This document shows, piece by piece, positions 9,922 to 21,660 of a DNA stretch of 64,000 nucleotides (position 1 is its first letter; every line of letters starts with the position of its first letter). Source of the DNA: Nitrososphaerota archaeon. GTDB lineage: Archaea > Thermoproteota > Nitrososphaeria_A > Caldarchaeales > Calditenuaceae. The DNA lies in the NCBI GenBank assembly GCA_038845265.1, contig JAWBQR010000001.1, positions 38,055 through 102,054 of the forward strand, in the 5' to 3' direction. A program made the translations under genes and the position numbers. A model generated the notes under the pieces. That model saw only the letters and a list, made by a program, of their open reading frames with translations. It ran no database searches and had not been told where the DNA came from.

Positions 9922-10908
9922 TTAGATATTATTAAGGACTAAATCCCTAAAGAGCTCTAATTTGTCATCAATGTGAGAGTCTACTAAATAAAACATGAAA
10001 TATTGAGCTCCAGCCTCGCGTATTCTTCCTAGAAAATCTGTTATTTTTTCGGGACTTCCGATAGGATTATTCTTTACTATATTTTCAGTAGATGATAATC
10101 CCCAAGCTTCGCCGAGACGTTTTAGCCTAGATATAACCATCTCATCTGTTTTTTCCAATAGTACGATCCCATGATAAGTTAGTTCTACTTCATCTTTCTT
10201 TCTGGGAACACCGTCTAGATATTTTTGCAGTATCTCAATTTTTCTTCTATATGATTCAGGATCTCCACCGCCATTCCATCTATCTGCATGTTTAGCTACT
10301 ACTCTCAAGGTCAGTTTTTCACCTCCTCCCCCAATAAGTAGTCTCGGTCTGGGCTTTTGCAGAGGCTTTGGATAGTTAATTGCATTACTTATTCTGTAAT
10401 ATTTTCCATTAAATGAGAACTCTTCTTGAGTCCACATGCCCTTTATTATGATGGCTGCCTCCTCTAGCATGGCTATTCTTCTGGCATTAGATGGGAAATC
10501 GTATCCATAATCAATATATTCCTTTTCATACCACCCAGCACCTATTCCAAGCTCCATCCTGCCACCTGATATCACGTCGAAACTGCTGCTCATTTTTGCT
10601 AGTAATGAGGGCATCCTATAGCTATTACACGTAACCATTGTTCCAAGCCGAATAGTGCGTGATGCTTTTGCTAAGGCAGTGAGAGTAACCCATGCCTCGA
10701 AGACAGATTCCTTTTTTATTGTAGGATAAGTATAGAAATGATCATAAACCCATGCCGAATGATAACCAAGCCTCTCCGCTCTGACTAAAGTATTCTCAAT
10801 CAGTTCATATTGTTTGTCATACGTGACCTCTGGCAAATCTAATCTAAAGCCTGTTGGAAGCACCAATCCAAATATTGGCTTCATATTAAATGGGATAACC
10901 AGCCTCAT
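9922..10908 (-). CDS. LLM-class (luciferase-like) flavin/F420-dependent oxidoreductase
   Basis: A TIM-barrel LLM signature: GTMVTCNSYRMPSLLAKM...LGIGAGW...LLIGGGGEK. Confidence 0.6.
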   Translation of the reverse strand: MRLVIPFNMKPIFGLVLPTGFRLDLPEVTYDKQYELIENTLVRAERLGYHSAWVYDHFYTYPTIKKESVFEAWVTLTALAKASRTIRLGTMVTCNSYRMPSLLAKMSSSFDVISGGRMELGIGAGWYEKEYIDYGYDFPSNARRIAMLEEAAIIIKGMWTQEEFSFNGKYYRISNAINYPKPLQKPRPRLLIGGGGEKLTLRVVAKHADRWNGGGDPESYRRKIEILQKYLDGVPRKKDEVELTYHGIVLLEKTDEMVISRLKRLGEAWGLSSTENIVKNNPIGSPEKITDFLGRIREAGAQYFMFYLVDSHIDDKLELFRDLVLNNI

Positions 10909-11013
10909 AAATATATTACTTCTATCATCTTTTGCGAGTAGTTTTTAAGACAAATTTTACATTTTCAATACAGACAAATATTTTTAAGTTAGGACATATG
11001 TAAAAAAGACCAG

Positions 11014-11178
11014 ATGGGTAAGAATAGGCCACCAAAAATGCGGAAATTCGGAAAAGGAGTTGCAAAATGCAAGAGATGCGGAACCAGTGTAGGGGTAATT
11101 AGAAAATATAGACTTTACCTATGTAGAAGATGCATAAATGAAGTTGCCCCACTAATGGGCTTCAAGGTATATAATTAA
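11014..11178 (+). CDS. rps14: 30S ribosomal protein S14 type Z (uS14, zinc-binding), 54 aa. It is not in the ORF track.
   Basis: Manual translation gives MGKNRPPKMRKFGKGVAKCKRCGTSVGVIRKYRLYLCRRCINEVAPLMGFKVYN*. It has the C-x2-C...C-x2-C zinc-type S14 signature (RKFGKG..C.RCG...G.IRKY.L..CR.C). Confidence 0.8.
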   Translation: MGKNRPPKMRKFGKGVAKCKRCGTSVGVIRKYRLYLCRRCINEVAPLMGFKVYN

Positions 11179-11185
11179 ACAAAAT

Positions 11186-12154
11186 CTATATCACAACTTC
11201 TCTGGGAGGTCTGAGAGCCTCACTAACAAATGATGCGGGGAGCTCGTCTATTTTGCCATTAAGGGCATGATGATATAGAGTCTCACACATGTCTATTAGG
11301 CTCAGAAAATTTAGGTATTCTCTTAAAACAGATTCATCATCTTTATCTTCCAAGCGAGAAGACGCAATCTTATATGCTAGGATTGCCGAATTCATTAAGT
11401 AATCACCTATCCATGGGGGGACAGCATGTCCAGCCGATAGGCCGAATCTCATCACTGGACTTTTACTCAAAAATTTACTCGGTCCCCAAGGTATCTTGAT
11501 TGTTGATATGAGGTTACTAAAAGTATTTTTAGGTGATGTTAAGATTCCGGTTACAAATCTTCCTAAATTGAGATATAAATTAATTCCAGAATAATCTATT
11601 ATTAATGAATCTGATATTTCTGAATTCTTGACGCATCCTGTCGATATTAATAAAGTGTAATCCCCAGAAGGAGGAGAATTCTTAATCAATAACCTACTAG
11701 ATATTTCCTCTATGCCGAAGGGAAACTTAACAATAACATGCACATTATCAACGGTTTGCTTTATAATCTGAGCATCCGACCATAGGTAAAACAATCCTTC
11801 CATATATTCAGCAAAAAATTCGCATAAATTCAAGACATCCAAAATAGCGATTCTGAAATGTAGATACGAGTGTATAGAGCTTTTTCCAAAATTAAAATAC
11901 ATAGTTAGTTTATCTATTGTCCTCCTAATTATTAAGGGATTGTTTAAATTCAATCCTAGGGAGTGAACTAATTTTAACGAGACTGGAATATACAACTGAT
12001 TTCCACCGAGCCCTATAGCATTATCTACAATAGCTACTCGGTAACCCTTTTTTGACAACAAATTTGCTGTTATAAGAGAACACACGTCGGCACCGATAAT
12101 TATTACATCAACTTCTTTTTTCATTTCTTTCCTGTCCTTCCTTCTCACGCTCAA
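11186..12154 (-). CDS. Geranylgeranyl-reductase-family FAD-dependent oxidoreductase-like protein with a degenerate N-terminal GxGxxG
   Basis: A Rossmann beta-alpha-beta (VDVIIIGADVCSLITANLLSKKGYRVAIVD) and a C-terminal GDAAG-like motif (SAGHAVPPWIGDYLMNSAILA). Confidence 0.4.
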   Translation of the reverse strand: MSVRRKDRKEMKKEVDVIIIGADVCSLITANLLSKKGYRVAIVDNAIGLGGNQLYIPVSLKLVHSLGLNLNNPLIIRRTIDKLTMYFNFGKSSIHSYLHFRIAILDVLNLCEFFAEYMEGLFYLWSDAQIIKQTVDNVHVIVKFPFGIEEISSRLLIKNSPPSGDYTLLISTGCVKNSEISDSLIIDYSGINLYLNLGRFVTGILTSPKNTFSNLISTIKIPWGPSKFLSKSPVMRFGLSAGHAVPPWIGDYLMNSAILAYKIASSRLEDKDDESVLREYLNFLSLIDMCETLYHHALNGKIDELPASFVSEALRPPREVVI

Positions 12155-12482
12155 TAATTTCTTTAGGCAGTTTTTCTCTCCATTTTTCTAAAAACATTGC
12201 CTCACGTTTTTTATCTCTTAGACCATCCGGCAACATTATAGGTATATCATCTATGATTGGATACCACCTTTCACATTTATCACAAAAAAGAAGCCCGTCG
12301 CTAATCTCATATGTATAGCAATCATTACATTTTGTTACTGTCAGATTATTAATGTAATCTCCATGATAGGAGCAGTAAATTTCGCATTTTATTGTGCCTT
12401 TCACTAAGTATCTTTTATCGACATGGAATATTTTTAAAGATAATGGAAAATTCCTACACATGGGACAAGCTAGGATATCCAT
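12108..12482 (-). CDS. Trm112-like (DUF343) zinc-finger protein. The ORF extends to 12659, but the likely start is the Met preceding DILACPMC.
   Basis: Two Trm112 hallmarks are present: LACPMC...C and CDKCERWYPIIDDIPIMLPDG (the YPIxDGIP motif). Confidence 0.45.
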   Translation of the reverse strand: MDILACPMCRNFPLSLKIFHVDKRYLVKGTIKCEIYCSYHGDYINNLTVTKCNDCYTYEISDGLLFCDKCERWYPIIDDIPIMLPDGLRDKKREAMFLEKWREKLPKEIIEREKEGQERNEKRS

Positions 12483-12648
12483 CAATCGATACTTCAAGCC
12501 TGTATCAAATCTTGGTGATATCCTGCTTATTAATCTGTTCGGAAAGAAAACCTTAACAAATGGCAAAAATCTATATGAAGTGTTGCATGGAAATGCCATA
12601 AGAGCGTTAGGTGTCTTGACTGTAGCAATCTGGACATTTGTTCTTTTA

Positions 12649-13422
12649 ATGTCCTTCATAAATGTCCAGCTACCTCATTCTCCTCCTCTCGTAATTATAG
12701 AAGAGCCAACGATAGATGCAGCAACTTCTCCATCTCCATATATTAACACTCTTGTAGTCTTAATAATAATAGCTGTAGGCGGAGCCATCTTTGTTTCAAT
12801 CTTAATATATGCGCCTAGGATTGCGTCATATATCTCAATGATAATTTTTGGATTAGTAACTTTTCTGTCACTAACACTATACACATTACTCCTGTCATAT
12901 AGAGTAGGAATGCAAATGGAGTCCAGCTTTATTACTCTATGCCTAGGCCTAGCTGTTCTTTTGACTTGGCTCATCAGAAGGGGAAGAGGAGTATTGCCAA
13001 TCATTTCTGCATCTATTACTGCCGCCGCCGGAGGTGTCCTAATGGGCATGATGCTGCCTCCAGTAACGGCGATTTTGCTCCTCTCGGCAATGTCAATATT
13101 TGATTTATTAATGGTAAAGAAAGGATACCTATCTGTCCTAAATAAAGAAGGTTTAAGAGAAAAAATTATGTTGATTAAGGGAATGATAGTTAATTATGAT
13201 AATTTAACGATAGGTCTTGGTGACTTAGTATTTTATTCGATTCTTGTGTCAAACATGTATTTTCAATATGGATTCTGGCCAGCAGTATTATCAAATTTAG
13301 GGATATTGATCGGCTTCAATCTAACCCTCCTGTATTTAAAGCGCTCAGGAACAGCACCTGGACTCACAATACCGATTATCCTAGGCCTATTACTAGCATT
13401 AGCATCTCAATTTCTCTTATAA
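12649..13422 (+). CDS. Presenilin/signal-peptide-peptidase-like intramembrane aspartyl protease. The start is taken at MSFINVQ, while the track ORF starts at 12394.
   Basis: Multi-TM protein with SIFDLLMV (YD-like), LGLGDLVFYS (the GxGD motif) and a PAL-like PGLTIPIILG near the C-terminus. Confidence 0.5.
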   Translation: MSFINVQLPHSPPLVIIEEPTIDAATSPSPYINTLVVLIIIAVGGAIFVSILIYAPRIASYISMIIFGLVTFLSLTLYTLLLSYRVGMQMESSFITLCLGLAVLLTWLIRRGRGVLPIISASITAAAGGVLMGMMLPPVTAILLLSAMSIFDLLMVKKGYLSVLNKEGLREKIMLIKGMIVNYDNLTIGLGDLVFYSILVSNMYFQYGFWPAVLSNLGILIGFNLTLLYLKRSGTAPGLTIPIILGLLLALASQFLL

Positions 13423-13423
13423 T

Positions 13424-14677
13424 TCAAAGAGAGATTTTAAGCATTGAGGCTACCTTATTTACAAATTCATCGAATTCATTAGGCGACTTGAGTTCACTTA
13501 TTGATTTTCTAACGATGAATGAAGCACCTGCCAACGAGTAAATTACATCTATTTTTGACTGAAGGAAAATTGCCGAAAATAGTGCCACAGCGCCGAAGTA
13601 GTACTCGCAGGGAATTGGCGGCTCGATCCAATTCGTCTTTAATCTTTCACCATCTGTTATATAATCTGGTCCCCCACATTCATACATGGGATATCCAATA
13701 CTACTAGATAGTTTTTTAAGTAAATTAGCATATTCGAGGTTAACTTGATTTTCTTTTTCACCTATGTAATATACATAAACCGATAATTTTTCTTTAGAGA
13801 GTTTTTCTCTGTTATTCGTTATTAGTACTTTGTTTGCAATTAATTCATACTGGGAATCTTCGGTGCCTTGTTCAACCACAGATATGTTTAGCTTAGTCGC
13901 TATGTCTTTTATTGCTTTTCTGAATATCTGGCTGCCGCCTACAAGGCTTACTTCATTTATTGAAGGGCTAAGTTTTAAAACCTCTGTCATATCCCCAGGT
14001 CCTGCAAGATATTCGCTCTCCACCGGAGCTCCTATTGGACGAATTATGATCTCACCGATCTCTTCAGGTCGACGAATATCGATAAATGGTTTTCTAGAAT
14101 GGAGGGTAATGGTGAATGAGGGCCTCACAAATAATGTGCCTGCACCACTGTCAGGATCAATTCCGGATGGGACATCAATGGAATAAACAATCGCACCCGA
14201 TTTGTTTATCCACTCGATCACCGATCTATAGGGCTCTCTAATGTCGCCCCTAATTCCTGTTCCAAAAATGCCATCAACAATTATATCAGATCGCGATAAC
14301 CTACTAGACAATTTTTGTAAATCCTTAGCTTCTCTTATGATAACGAATTCAATAGAAATTTTCATATTTTTTATTATCTGCCAATTTGTCCTAGCTTCAA
14401 GTGTCTTAATTTTATCTTCGTCACCAATCAATGCCACTATAATTTTTCTTGCCCGCGGTGCAAGGTGCCTAGCTGCTACGAATGCGTCGCCTCCGTTATT
14501 TCCGGGCCCTGCAAATACGATAACGGACTTGGAACTTAAGTCCCCTTCATTCTGAATTATGAATCTAGCGACTTCTGCACCGGCATTTTCCATCAACAAT
14601 TTCCTGTCAACTCCTAAGTAAGAAGAATTTTCATCTATGATCGATATCTCTGAAGATTTAAGCGTCTTAATCATCAT
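13424..14677 (-). CDS. Nnr-like NAD(P)H-hydrate repair protein. It has a canonical YjeF-N epimerase domain, but its C-terminal YjeF-C-like domain lacks the usual glycine-rich motifs.
   Basis: The N-terminal half contains LMENAGAEVA...FAGPGNNGGDAFVAARHL...DGIFGTGIRGDIREP...IDVPSGID. In the C-terminal half the GTGD/GPG motifs are replaced (EYYFGAVALFSAIFLQ). Confidence 0.55.
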   Translation of the reverse strand: MMIKTLKSSEISIIDENSSYLGVDRKLLMENAGAEVARFIIQNEGDLSSKSVIVFAGPGNNGGDAFVAARHLAPRARKIIVALIGDEDKIKTLEARTNWQIIKNMKISIEFVIIREAKDLQKLSSRLSRSDIIVDGIFGTGIRGDIREPYRSVIEWINKSGAIVYSIDVPSGIDPDSGAGTLFVRPSFTITLHSRKPFIDIRRPEEIGEIIIRPIGAPVESEYLAGPGDMTEVLKLSPSINEVSLVGGSQIFRKAIKDIATKLNISVVEQGTEDSQYELIANKVLITNNREKLSKEKLSVYVYYIGEKENQVNLEYANLLKKLSSSIGYPMYECGGPDYITDGERLKTNWIEPPIPCEYYFGAVALFSAIFLQSKIDVIYSLAGASFIVRKSISELKSPNEFDEFVNKVASMLKISL

Positions 14678-14707
14678 TACTATTAAGTAAGAAGATCTTA
14701 ATGAAAT

Positions 14708-15367
14708 CTACTTTAATCCTTTCCTATTCCTGTTTAATGACAAGACTGGGCCTAGGTTGGTTAGCACACCCTTAATTCCTGATTCCTGATAAATTTTTAG
14801 GACATATTCCCAATCGACCCTAAGCATGACTACCGTAATGATAATTAGTGTGATTATTGCAGGAATAGTGCCGATTAATGACTCTCCAGTAAAGTGGCTG
14901 AATAACCAGAAGTATGCCCTCCCAAGGTAGGCGGTAAGTATTCCCAAAACAATCTTTCCAGCCACGCTAGCGATTAGGAACTTCCAAAAATCGAGGCGAG
15001 CCATGCCCATGGGAATATAATAAATATCGTCAGGAAGGGGAGTGACAGCAAAAATAAATACCCCGATATATCCATATCTGCCTATCAGCTTTTTCATTGC
15101 TTCCATCTGCTTCTTCGTACTATTGCTTAACAATCTGTAACTTGTCCTACCAACTAGATAAGAAGTGATCTTACCAATCGCCCCTCCTATTCCAGCGAAT
15201 ACTCCGAGCAGCAAAGGATTAAGAGTTCTACTTAGTATGACGACAATAAACAGGTAGGGGAATGGGATGAAAGGGATTAAGCTTCCGATTATCGATATCA
15301 AGAAGATTCCTAAATAACCATAATTTAATGCTAGGTCATAAATCAGCTTACTAATCTCATGGATCAT
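14708..15367 (-). CDS. DedA/SNARE-associated (TVP38/TMEM64) family membrane protein
   Basis: Multi-TM protein with VTPLPDD and the G-rich reentrant-loop signature of the DedA family. Confidence 0.6.
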   Translation of the reverse strand: MIHEISKLIYDLALNYGYLGIFLISIIGSLIPFIPFPYLFIVVILSRTLNPLLLGVFAGIGGAIGKITSYLVGRTSYRLLSNSTKKQMEAMKKLIGRYGYIGVFIFAVTPLPDDIYYIPMGMARLDFWKFLIASVAGKIVLGILTAYLGRAYFWLFSHFTGESLIGTIPAIITLIIITVVMLRVDWEYVLKIYQESGIKGVLTNLGPVLSLNRNRKGLK

Positions 15368-15398
15368 TTATCTATATAACCTCGTTAAACTAGTTAAT

Positions 15399-16772
15399 CT
15401 ACTTTGCCTCCTCTTTCAATATATCATTAAGTACCTGCCTAATTAATGATTCTGCCAGATCTAAGTATCTCTTAAGAGTAAGACTATCCTTAGCTTCCGC
15501 TGAATATTTGATCTGAGGCATGGTATTTGAAGGACGAATAAGTAGCCAGCCATCACTCAGATATGCCTTGATTCCGTCAATATTAATAATTCTTTCAGCC
15601 ATTTTCTTCATGGTTTGTGATACCCCCTCCATAACTTTTGCTTTAAAACTTTCAGGGACATCAATAGTAAGAATAGGTGATGAATAGTATCGAGGAATAC
15701 TATCAAGTATTTTTGAAAGAGGTTCCTCAGACCTTGATAATAGTTCGGCAAATTTAGCAACTGCATACAATCCATCATCGAAGCCGTAAAGCTCTGAGAA
15801 ATAAATATGATTGCTTTTCTCCGCGCCTATAACTGCATTTACCTCACGAACTCTCTTTAACATATAAGCCCTACCGACCCTCGAAATTACAGGTTCACAC
15901 CCCCTTTCAAGTATTATTTTTTCAACCAATGAGCTACTGCCTATATCGAATACCACCCTACCTTTTATTTCAGATTTCAGCACTAAAATAGCCAGGGCTA
16001 TGTCTCCATCAAGAATTCTTCCCCTATCATCTAAGATGACGGCTCTATCACCATCGCCGTCTATTCCAGCACCGAGTTCAAAATTATTCTCCGATACGAG
16101 CCTTGAGAGATCTTTTAAGGTCTCTACATTAGGTTCTGGCACGTGTCCTGGAAAAGTTCCGTCAGGATTGTCATTAATACTAATAACTTCACACCCTATT
16201 TCTTTTAGCAGAGTCTTTCCAACTATGCATGAAGCACCATTAGAAAAATCAACGGCGACCCTAACTCTCCTCTTAAGACTTACTAAACGTTTTATTTTAT
16301 CTATGTACGGGGATATAATATCAATCTTTTTGATATAATCTATAGAGTTGGATTGTTTTTTAACTTTTATGCGCATTACCAATTCCTTAAGCTTCTCCAT
16401 TCCCGAGCCAAAGGATATTGTCTCCCCATCGGCTAAAACTAGTTTGAAGCCGTTCCATTCAGGCGGGTTATGACTGGCGGTGACCTGAATGCCTCCGTCA
16501 AATCGGTTTTCCACTACTCCAAGGTATAGAACCGGGGTTGGAACGATGCCTGAGTCGTAAACCTCGGCGCCAGCGTCAATTAATCCTTTAGCTATGCTCT
16601 TAGCTAAGGCCGGGCTGCTAAGTCTTACATCTCTACCTAACAGTATTCGTCCTCCGCCTGTTAACTGGGAGTATGCATGTCCTATTCTATACGCTATCTC
16701 TTCGTTTAGCTCTTCTGGATAAATACCTCTAATATCGTATGCCTTAAATATGGAGTCTGGAATGTCGACCAT
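15399..16772 (-). CDS. Phosphoglucomutase/phosphomannomutase (alpha-D-phosphohexomutase family)
   Basis: An active-site phosphoserine loop (GIQVTASHNPPEWNGFK) and a metal-binding DGDGDR. Confidence 0.85.
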   Translation of the reverse strand: MVDIPDSIFKAYDIRGIYPEELNEEIAYRIGHAYSQLTGGGRILLGRDVRLSSPALAKSIAKGLIDAGAEVYDSGIVPTPVLYLGVVENRFDGGIQVTASHNPPEWNGFKLVLADGETISFGSGMEKLKELVMRIKVKKQSNSIDYIKKIDIISPYIDKIKRLVSLKRRVRVAVDFSNGASCIVGKTLLKEIGCEVISINDNPDGTFPGHVPEPNVETLKDLSRLVSENNFELGAGIDGDGDRAVILDDRGRILDGDIALAILVLKSEIKGRVVFDIGSSSLVEKIILERGCEPVISRVGRAYMLKRVREVNAVIGAEKSNHIYFSELYGFDDGLYAVAKFAELLSRSEEPLSKILDSIPRYYSSPILTIDVPESFKAKVMEGVSQTMKKMAERIINIDGIKAYLSDGWLLIRPSNTMPQIKYSAEAKDSLTLKRYLDLAESLIRQVLNDILKEEAK

Positions 16773-16781
16773 TCTACATTG

Positions 16782-17453
16782 TTATTTTTCATGCTTTTCA
16801 ATATATGTTACTCTTATTCCAGCTTTATTTGATGAATACTCCCTATTCAAAAATATCAATAGGGGTGTTATCCTCTCCGTTATTCGTGAATTCTCGAGTC
16901 CTCCGCCATATAATCCTCTTATATTCGGTATATGTTCAATGACATCAATGACGGAGTATGCATATTCTCTCTCACCACATACAATCACGTCACATTCTAC
17001 CGGTGAATACAAATCCAATAATGCCATAGCTGGGAGATAGTTTAATGCGGATACAACTCTTGCATCCTTGCCAAGTAATTTATTTAAGGTTTCTGCTGCT
17101 GAGCCAGCGGCAGGTTCTATAAATTTCCATCCGCCACCTAGGTCAGCTTCAAGAGGCACTATCGTTGATACAACGATGGCTTCCTTATTTATTTTGTCTC
17201 TGAGAGATTTAGCGGTAGTGTAGAGTCCACTAAAAGGAACAGTGAAGAATATCATATCTGATTTTTTGCAGATCTCTTCGTTTAATCCCCCTGAAATCTT
17301 AAGCGGGCCAACCATCTTTAACGCCTCACCTACTGCTGCTCTTGCTTTCTCTTCACTTCTAGAACCTATCGCAACTTCATATCCAGCCATTGCTAACCGT
17401 AATGCGATAGAAAATCCAAGTCCTGCCGTCCCTCCAACTATCCCTATAATCAT
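16782..17453 (-). CDS. F420H2:NADP+ oxidoreductase (Fno/NpdG-like)
   Basis: MIIGIVGGTAGLGFSIALRLAMAGYEVAIGSRSEEKA. The ~220-aa length and overall pattern match Fno. Confidence 0.7.
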   Translation of the reverse strand: MIIGIVGGTAGLGFSIALRLAMAGYEVAIGSRSEEKARAAVGEALKMVGPLKISGGLNEEICKKSDMIFFTVPFSGLYTTAKSLRDKINKEAIVVSTIVPLEADLGGGWKFIEPAAGSAAETLNKLLGKDARVVSALNYLPAMALLDLYSPVECDVIVCGEREYAYSVIDVIEHIPNIRGLYGGGLENSRITERITPLLIFLNREYSSNKAGIRVTYIEKHEK

Positions 17454-17533
17454 TTCTCCACTTCCTTAAGTCTAACAATCATGAGAATGATATTAAGATT
17501 CCAGTATTTTAAAAATTAAATGACGATTAAATT

Positions 17534-19708
<2,175 letters not shown>

Positions 19709-19832
19709 TTAAATTCCACCTCTCTACATATCAAGATGCGCTAGGGCTATATATCCCTTAACTATCACATCATATAGAGAAAATTCAATGATAATAGAAT
19801 AAGGTTTAACTATTGGCTATACAAAAAATTTA

Positions 19833-20270
19833 ATGCTAGATATGGGGGTTGGGAATCACGTTAACACAAATTCATCAAAGTTTGAGGGCCTTGGAAGACA
19901 CTTAGTGGCAGATTTTTATGGCTGCCCCCAAGATAAATTATCAAACAATTCTTATTTAATTAAAATATTAAAAGAAGCTGCAAAGGCAGCTAGAGTAGAA
20001 GTCGTAGGCGAATACAGCAAAAAATTTGATGGACCAGGAGGAGTAAGCGCCATACTCATAATAAAGGAGAGCCACTTATCAATACATACATGGCCAGAAC
20101 ATGGCTACGCTGCAATTGACATATATACATGTGGTAAATCTATCGATCCATGGATAGCTTTAGAACTAATTAAGGAAGAATTGCAGCCAGAAACAGCGAC
20201 AATAATGGAAGTCAAGAGAGGACTAATGATAAATCAAAAAGCTTATTTGAAAGAACAGATACCTCAGTAG
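19833..20270 (+). CDS. speH: S-adenosylmethionine decarboxylase proenzyme (archaeal SpeH type)
   Basis: ESHLSIHTWPE is the pyruvoyl cleavage site (E-S) motif. It is encoded adjacent to spermidine synthase. The true start is possibly at the internal Met 19842. Confidence 0.75.
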   Translation: MLDMGVGNHVNTNSSKFEGLGRHLVADFYGCPQDKLSNNSYLIKILKEAAKAARVEVVGEYSKKFDGPGGVSAILIIKESHLSIHTWPEHGYAAIDIYTCGKSIDPWIALELIKEELQPETATIMEVKRGLMINQKAYLKEQIPQ

Positions 20271-20273
20271 CAG

Positions 20274-21203
20274 ATGACGAAAAATAATAACACAGATGAA
20301 GCTATGGGACTATGGCAGTCCGAATGGATAAGCAAAGACATACTCGAGTTCTATAGAGTTTCTAAGATAATATACTTAGGAAAAACAAAATATCAAAAAA
20401 TAACTGTCATTGAAACCCTCCCGTATGGCAAATGTCTGTTGTTGGATGATAAGATGCAATCGTCTTTAAAAGACGAGTATATCTATCATGAAACACTTGT
20501 ACATCCGGCGCTTAGCATGCATGGTAACCCAAAGCGAGTCGTGGTGGTTGGAGGAGGAGAATGTGCGACGATCAGAGAAGTAGCAAAATGGAGTTCCGTT
20601 GATGAAATAATAATGGTCGAGCTGGACAAAGAAGTTATAGAAATTACTTCAAAATATTTAGGCGAGTTAGGACATGGAGTATTGGATGATCCTAGGCTGC
20701 GCCTGGTCATCGAAGAAGGAAGAAAATGGTTATCAGAACAGCCGAATAAATCAATTGATGTATTGATTATTGATGTTACGGACCCACTTGAGGGGGGCCC
20801 ATCTTATCTCTTATTTACCCGAGAATTCTATCAATTAGCCTCACAAAAATTAAAAGACGATGGGGTTTTAGCCACCCAGGCAACATCTCCAGTTCATAAT
20901 GAATTCGTATATGACTCCATTAAGAAGACATTAGCATCTATTTTTAAATACGTAATCCCCTTACACGCATTCATTAAATCATATTCAAGTATATGGGGTT
21001 TCTTATTTGCATCAAATAAAAATATACTTGAAATAGCTCCAGATACTATAAAGGAGCGACTTAGGGTTAATGGTGTCTCCGATCTAAAATTTTATGCAGC
21101 CGATATGCATTTTTCATTAAAATGCATAGCAGAGAAATATGAATGTCTCATAAGTTCGACTGGTAGAATAATAGAAGACAATTCACCTATCTTCGTAAAA
21201 TAA
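20274..21203 (+). CDS. speE: Spermidine synthase (aminopropyltransferase)
   Basis: VVVGGGECATIREV and IDVTDP are aminopropyltransferase motifs. Confidence 0.85.
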   Translation: MTKNNNTDEAMGLWQSEWISKDILEFYRVSKIIYLGKTKYQKITVIETLPYGKCLLLDDKMQSSLKDEYIYHETLVHPALSMHGNPKRVVVVGGGECATIREVAKWSSVDEIIMVELDKEVIEITSKYLGELGHGVLDDPRLRLVIEEGRKWLSEQPNKSIDVLIIDVTDPLEGGPSYLLFTREFYQLASQKLKDDGVLATQATSPVHNEFVYDSIKKTLASIFKYVIPLHAFIKSYSSIWGFLFASNKNILEIAPDTIKERLRVNGVSDLKFYAADMHFSLKCIAEKYECLISSTGRIIEDNSPIFVK

Positions 21204-21207
21204 CGAA

Positions 21208-21615
21208 TCATAAATATTCTCTTAAAAATTTAGCTGTGGAGTCTGTTAGTTCATATTCATGGATTTTTGATATATCAACCCACTTTACTTCTAAAGCGTC
21301 TGATGATGCCCTAAGCTCTCCACCAATTACTTTTCCTTCAAAGTCAATTACTACATAATGTTCCTTAACTTTTCCTTTATAGTCCTTTACAAATATATCA
21401 ACTACGTCAAGCAATCTTGTTATCTCAATTTTTAATCCTGTTTCTTCTTCTATTTCCCTTATTGCTGCATCTCTTACTTTCTCGCCAAATCTCAGTCTTC
21501 CACCTGGTATCGACCATTTACCTTTTCCAGGATCACGTAAACGCTTGACCAGTAAAACTTTATCATCGCTTTTTATTAATACACCAACACCTATAATTAT
21601 CTTTTTGGGCAGCAA
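21208..21615 (-). CDS. NUDIX hydrolase
   Basis: The Nudix box GGRLRFGEKVRDAAIREIEEETGL. Confidence 0.8.
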   Translation of the reverse strand: MLPKKIIIGVGVLIKSDDKVLLVKRLRDPGKGKWSIPGGRLRFGEKVRDAAIREIEEETGLKIEITRLLDVVDIFVKDYKGKVKEHYVVIDFEGKVIGGELRASSDALEVKWVDISKIHEYELTDSTAKFLREYL

Positions 21616-21660
21616 GTCTATAATAAATAAAAAAGTCTTTTACTTAAATGGCTACTATTT

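Noticed and set aside
12394-12648. 5' extension of the presenilin-like ORF (track start 12394) and the short ORFs 12675-13049(-) and 22443-22918(-)
   Set aside because: The extension overlaps the convergent or divergent Trm112-like coding region and lacks TM or domain content. The minus-strand ORFs are shadows of TM-rich genes.
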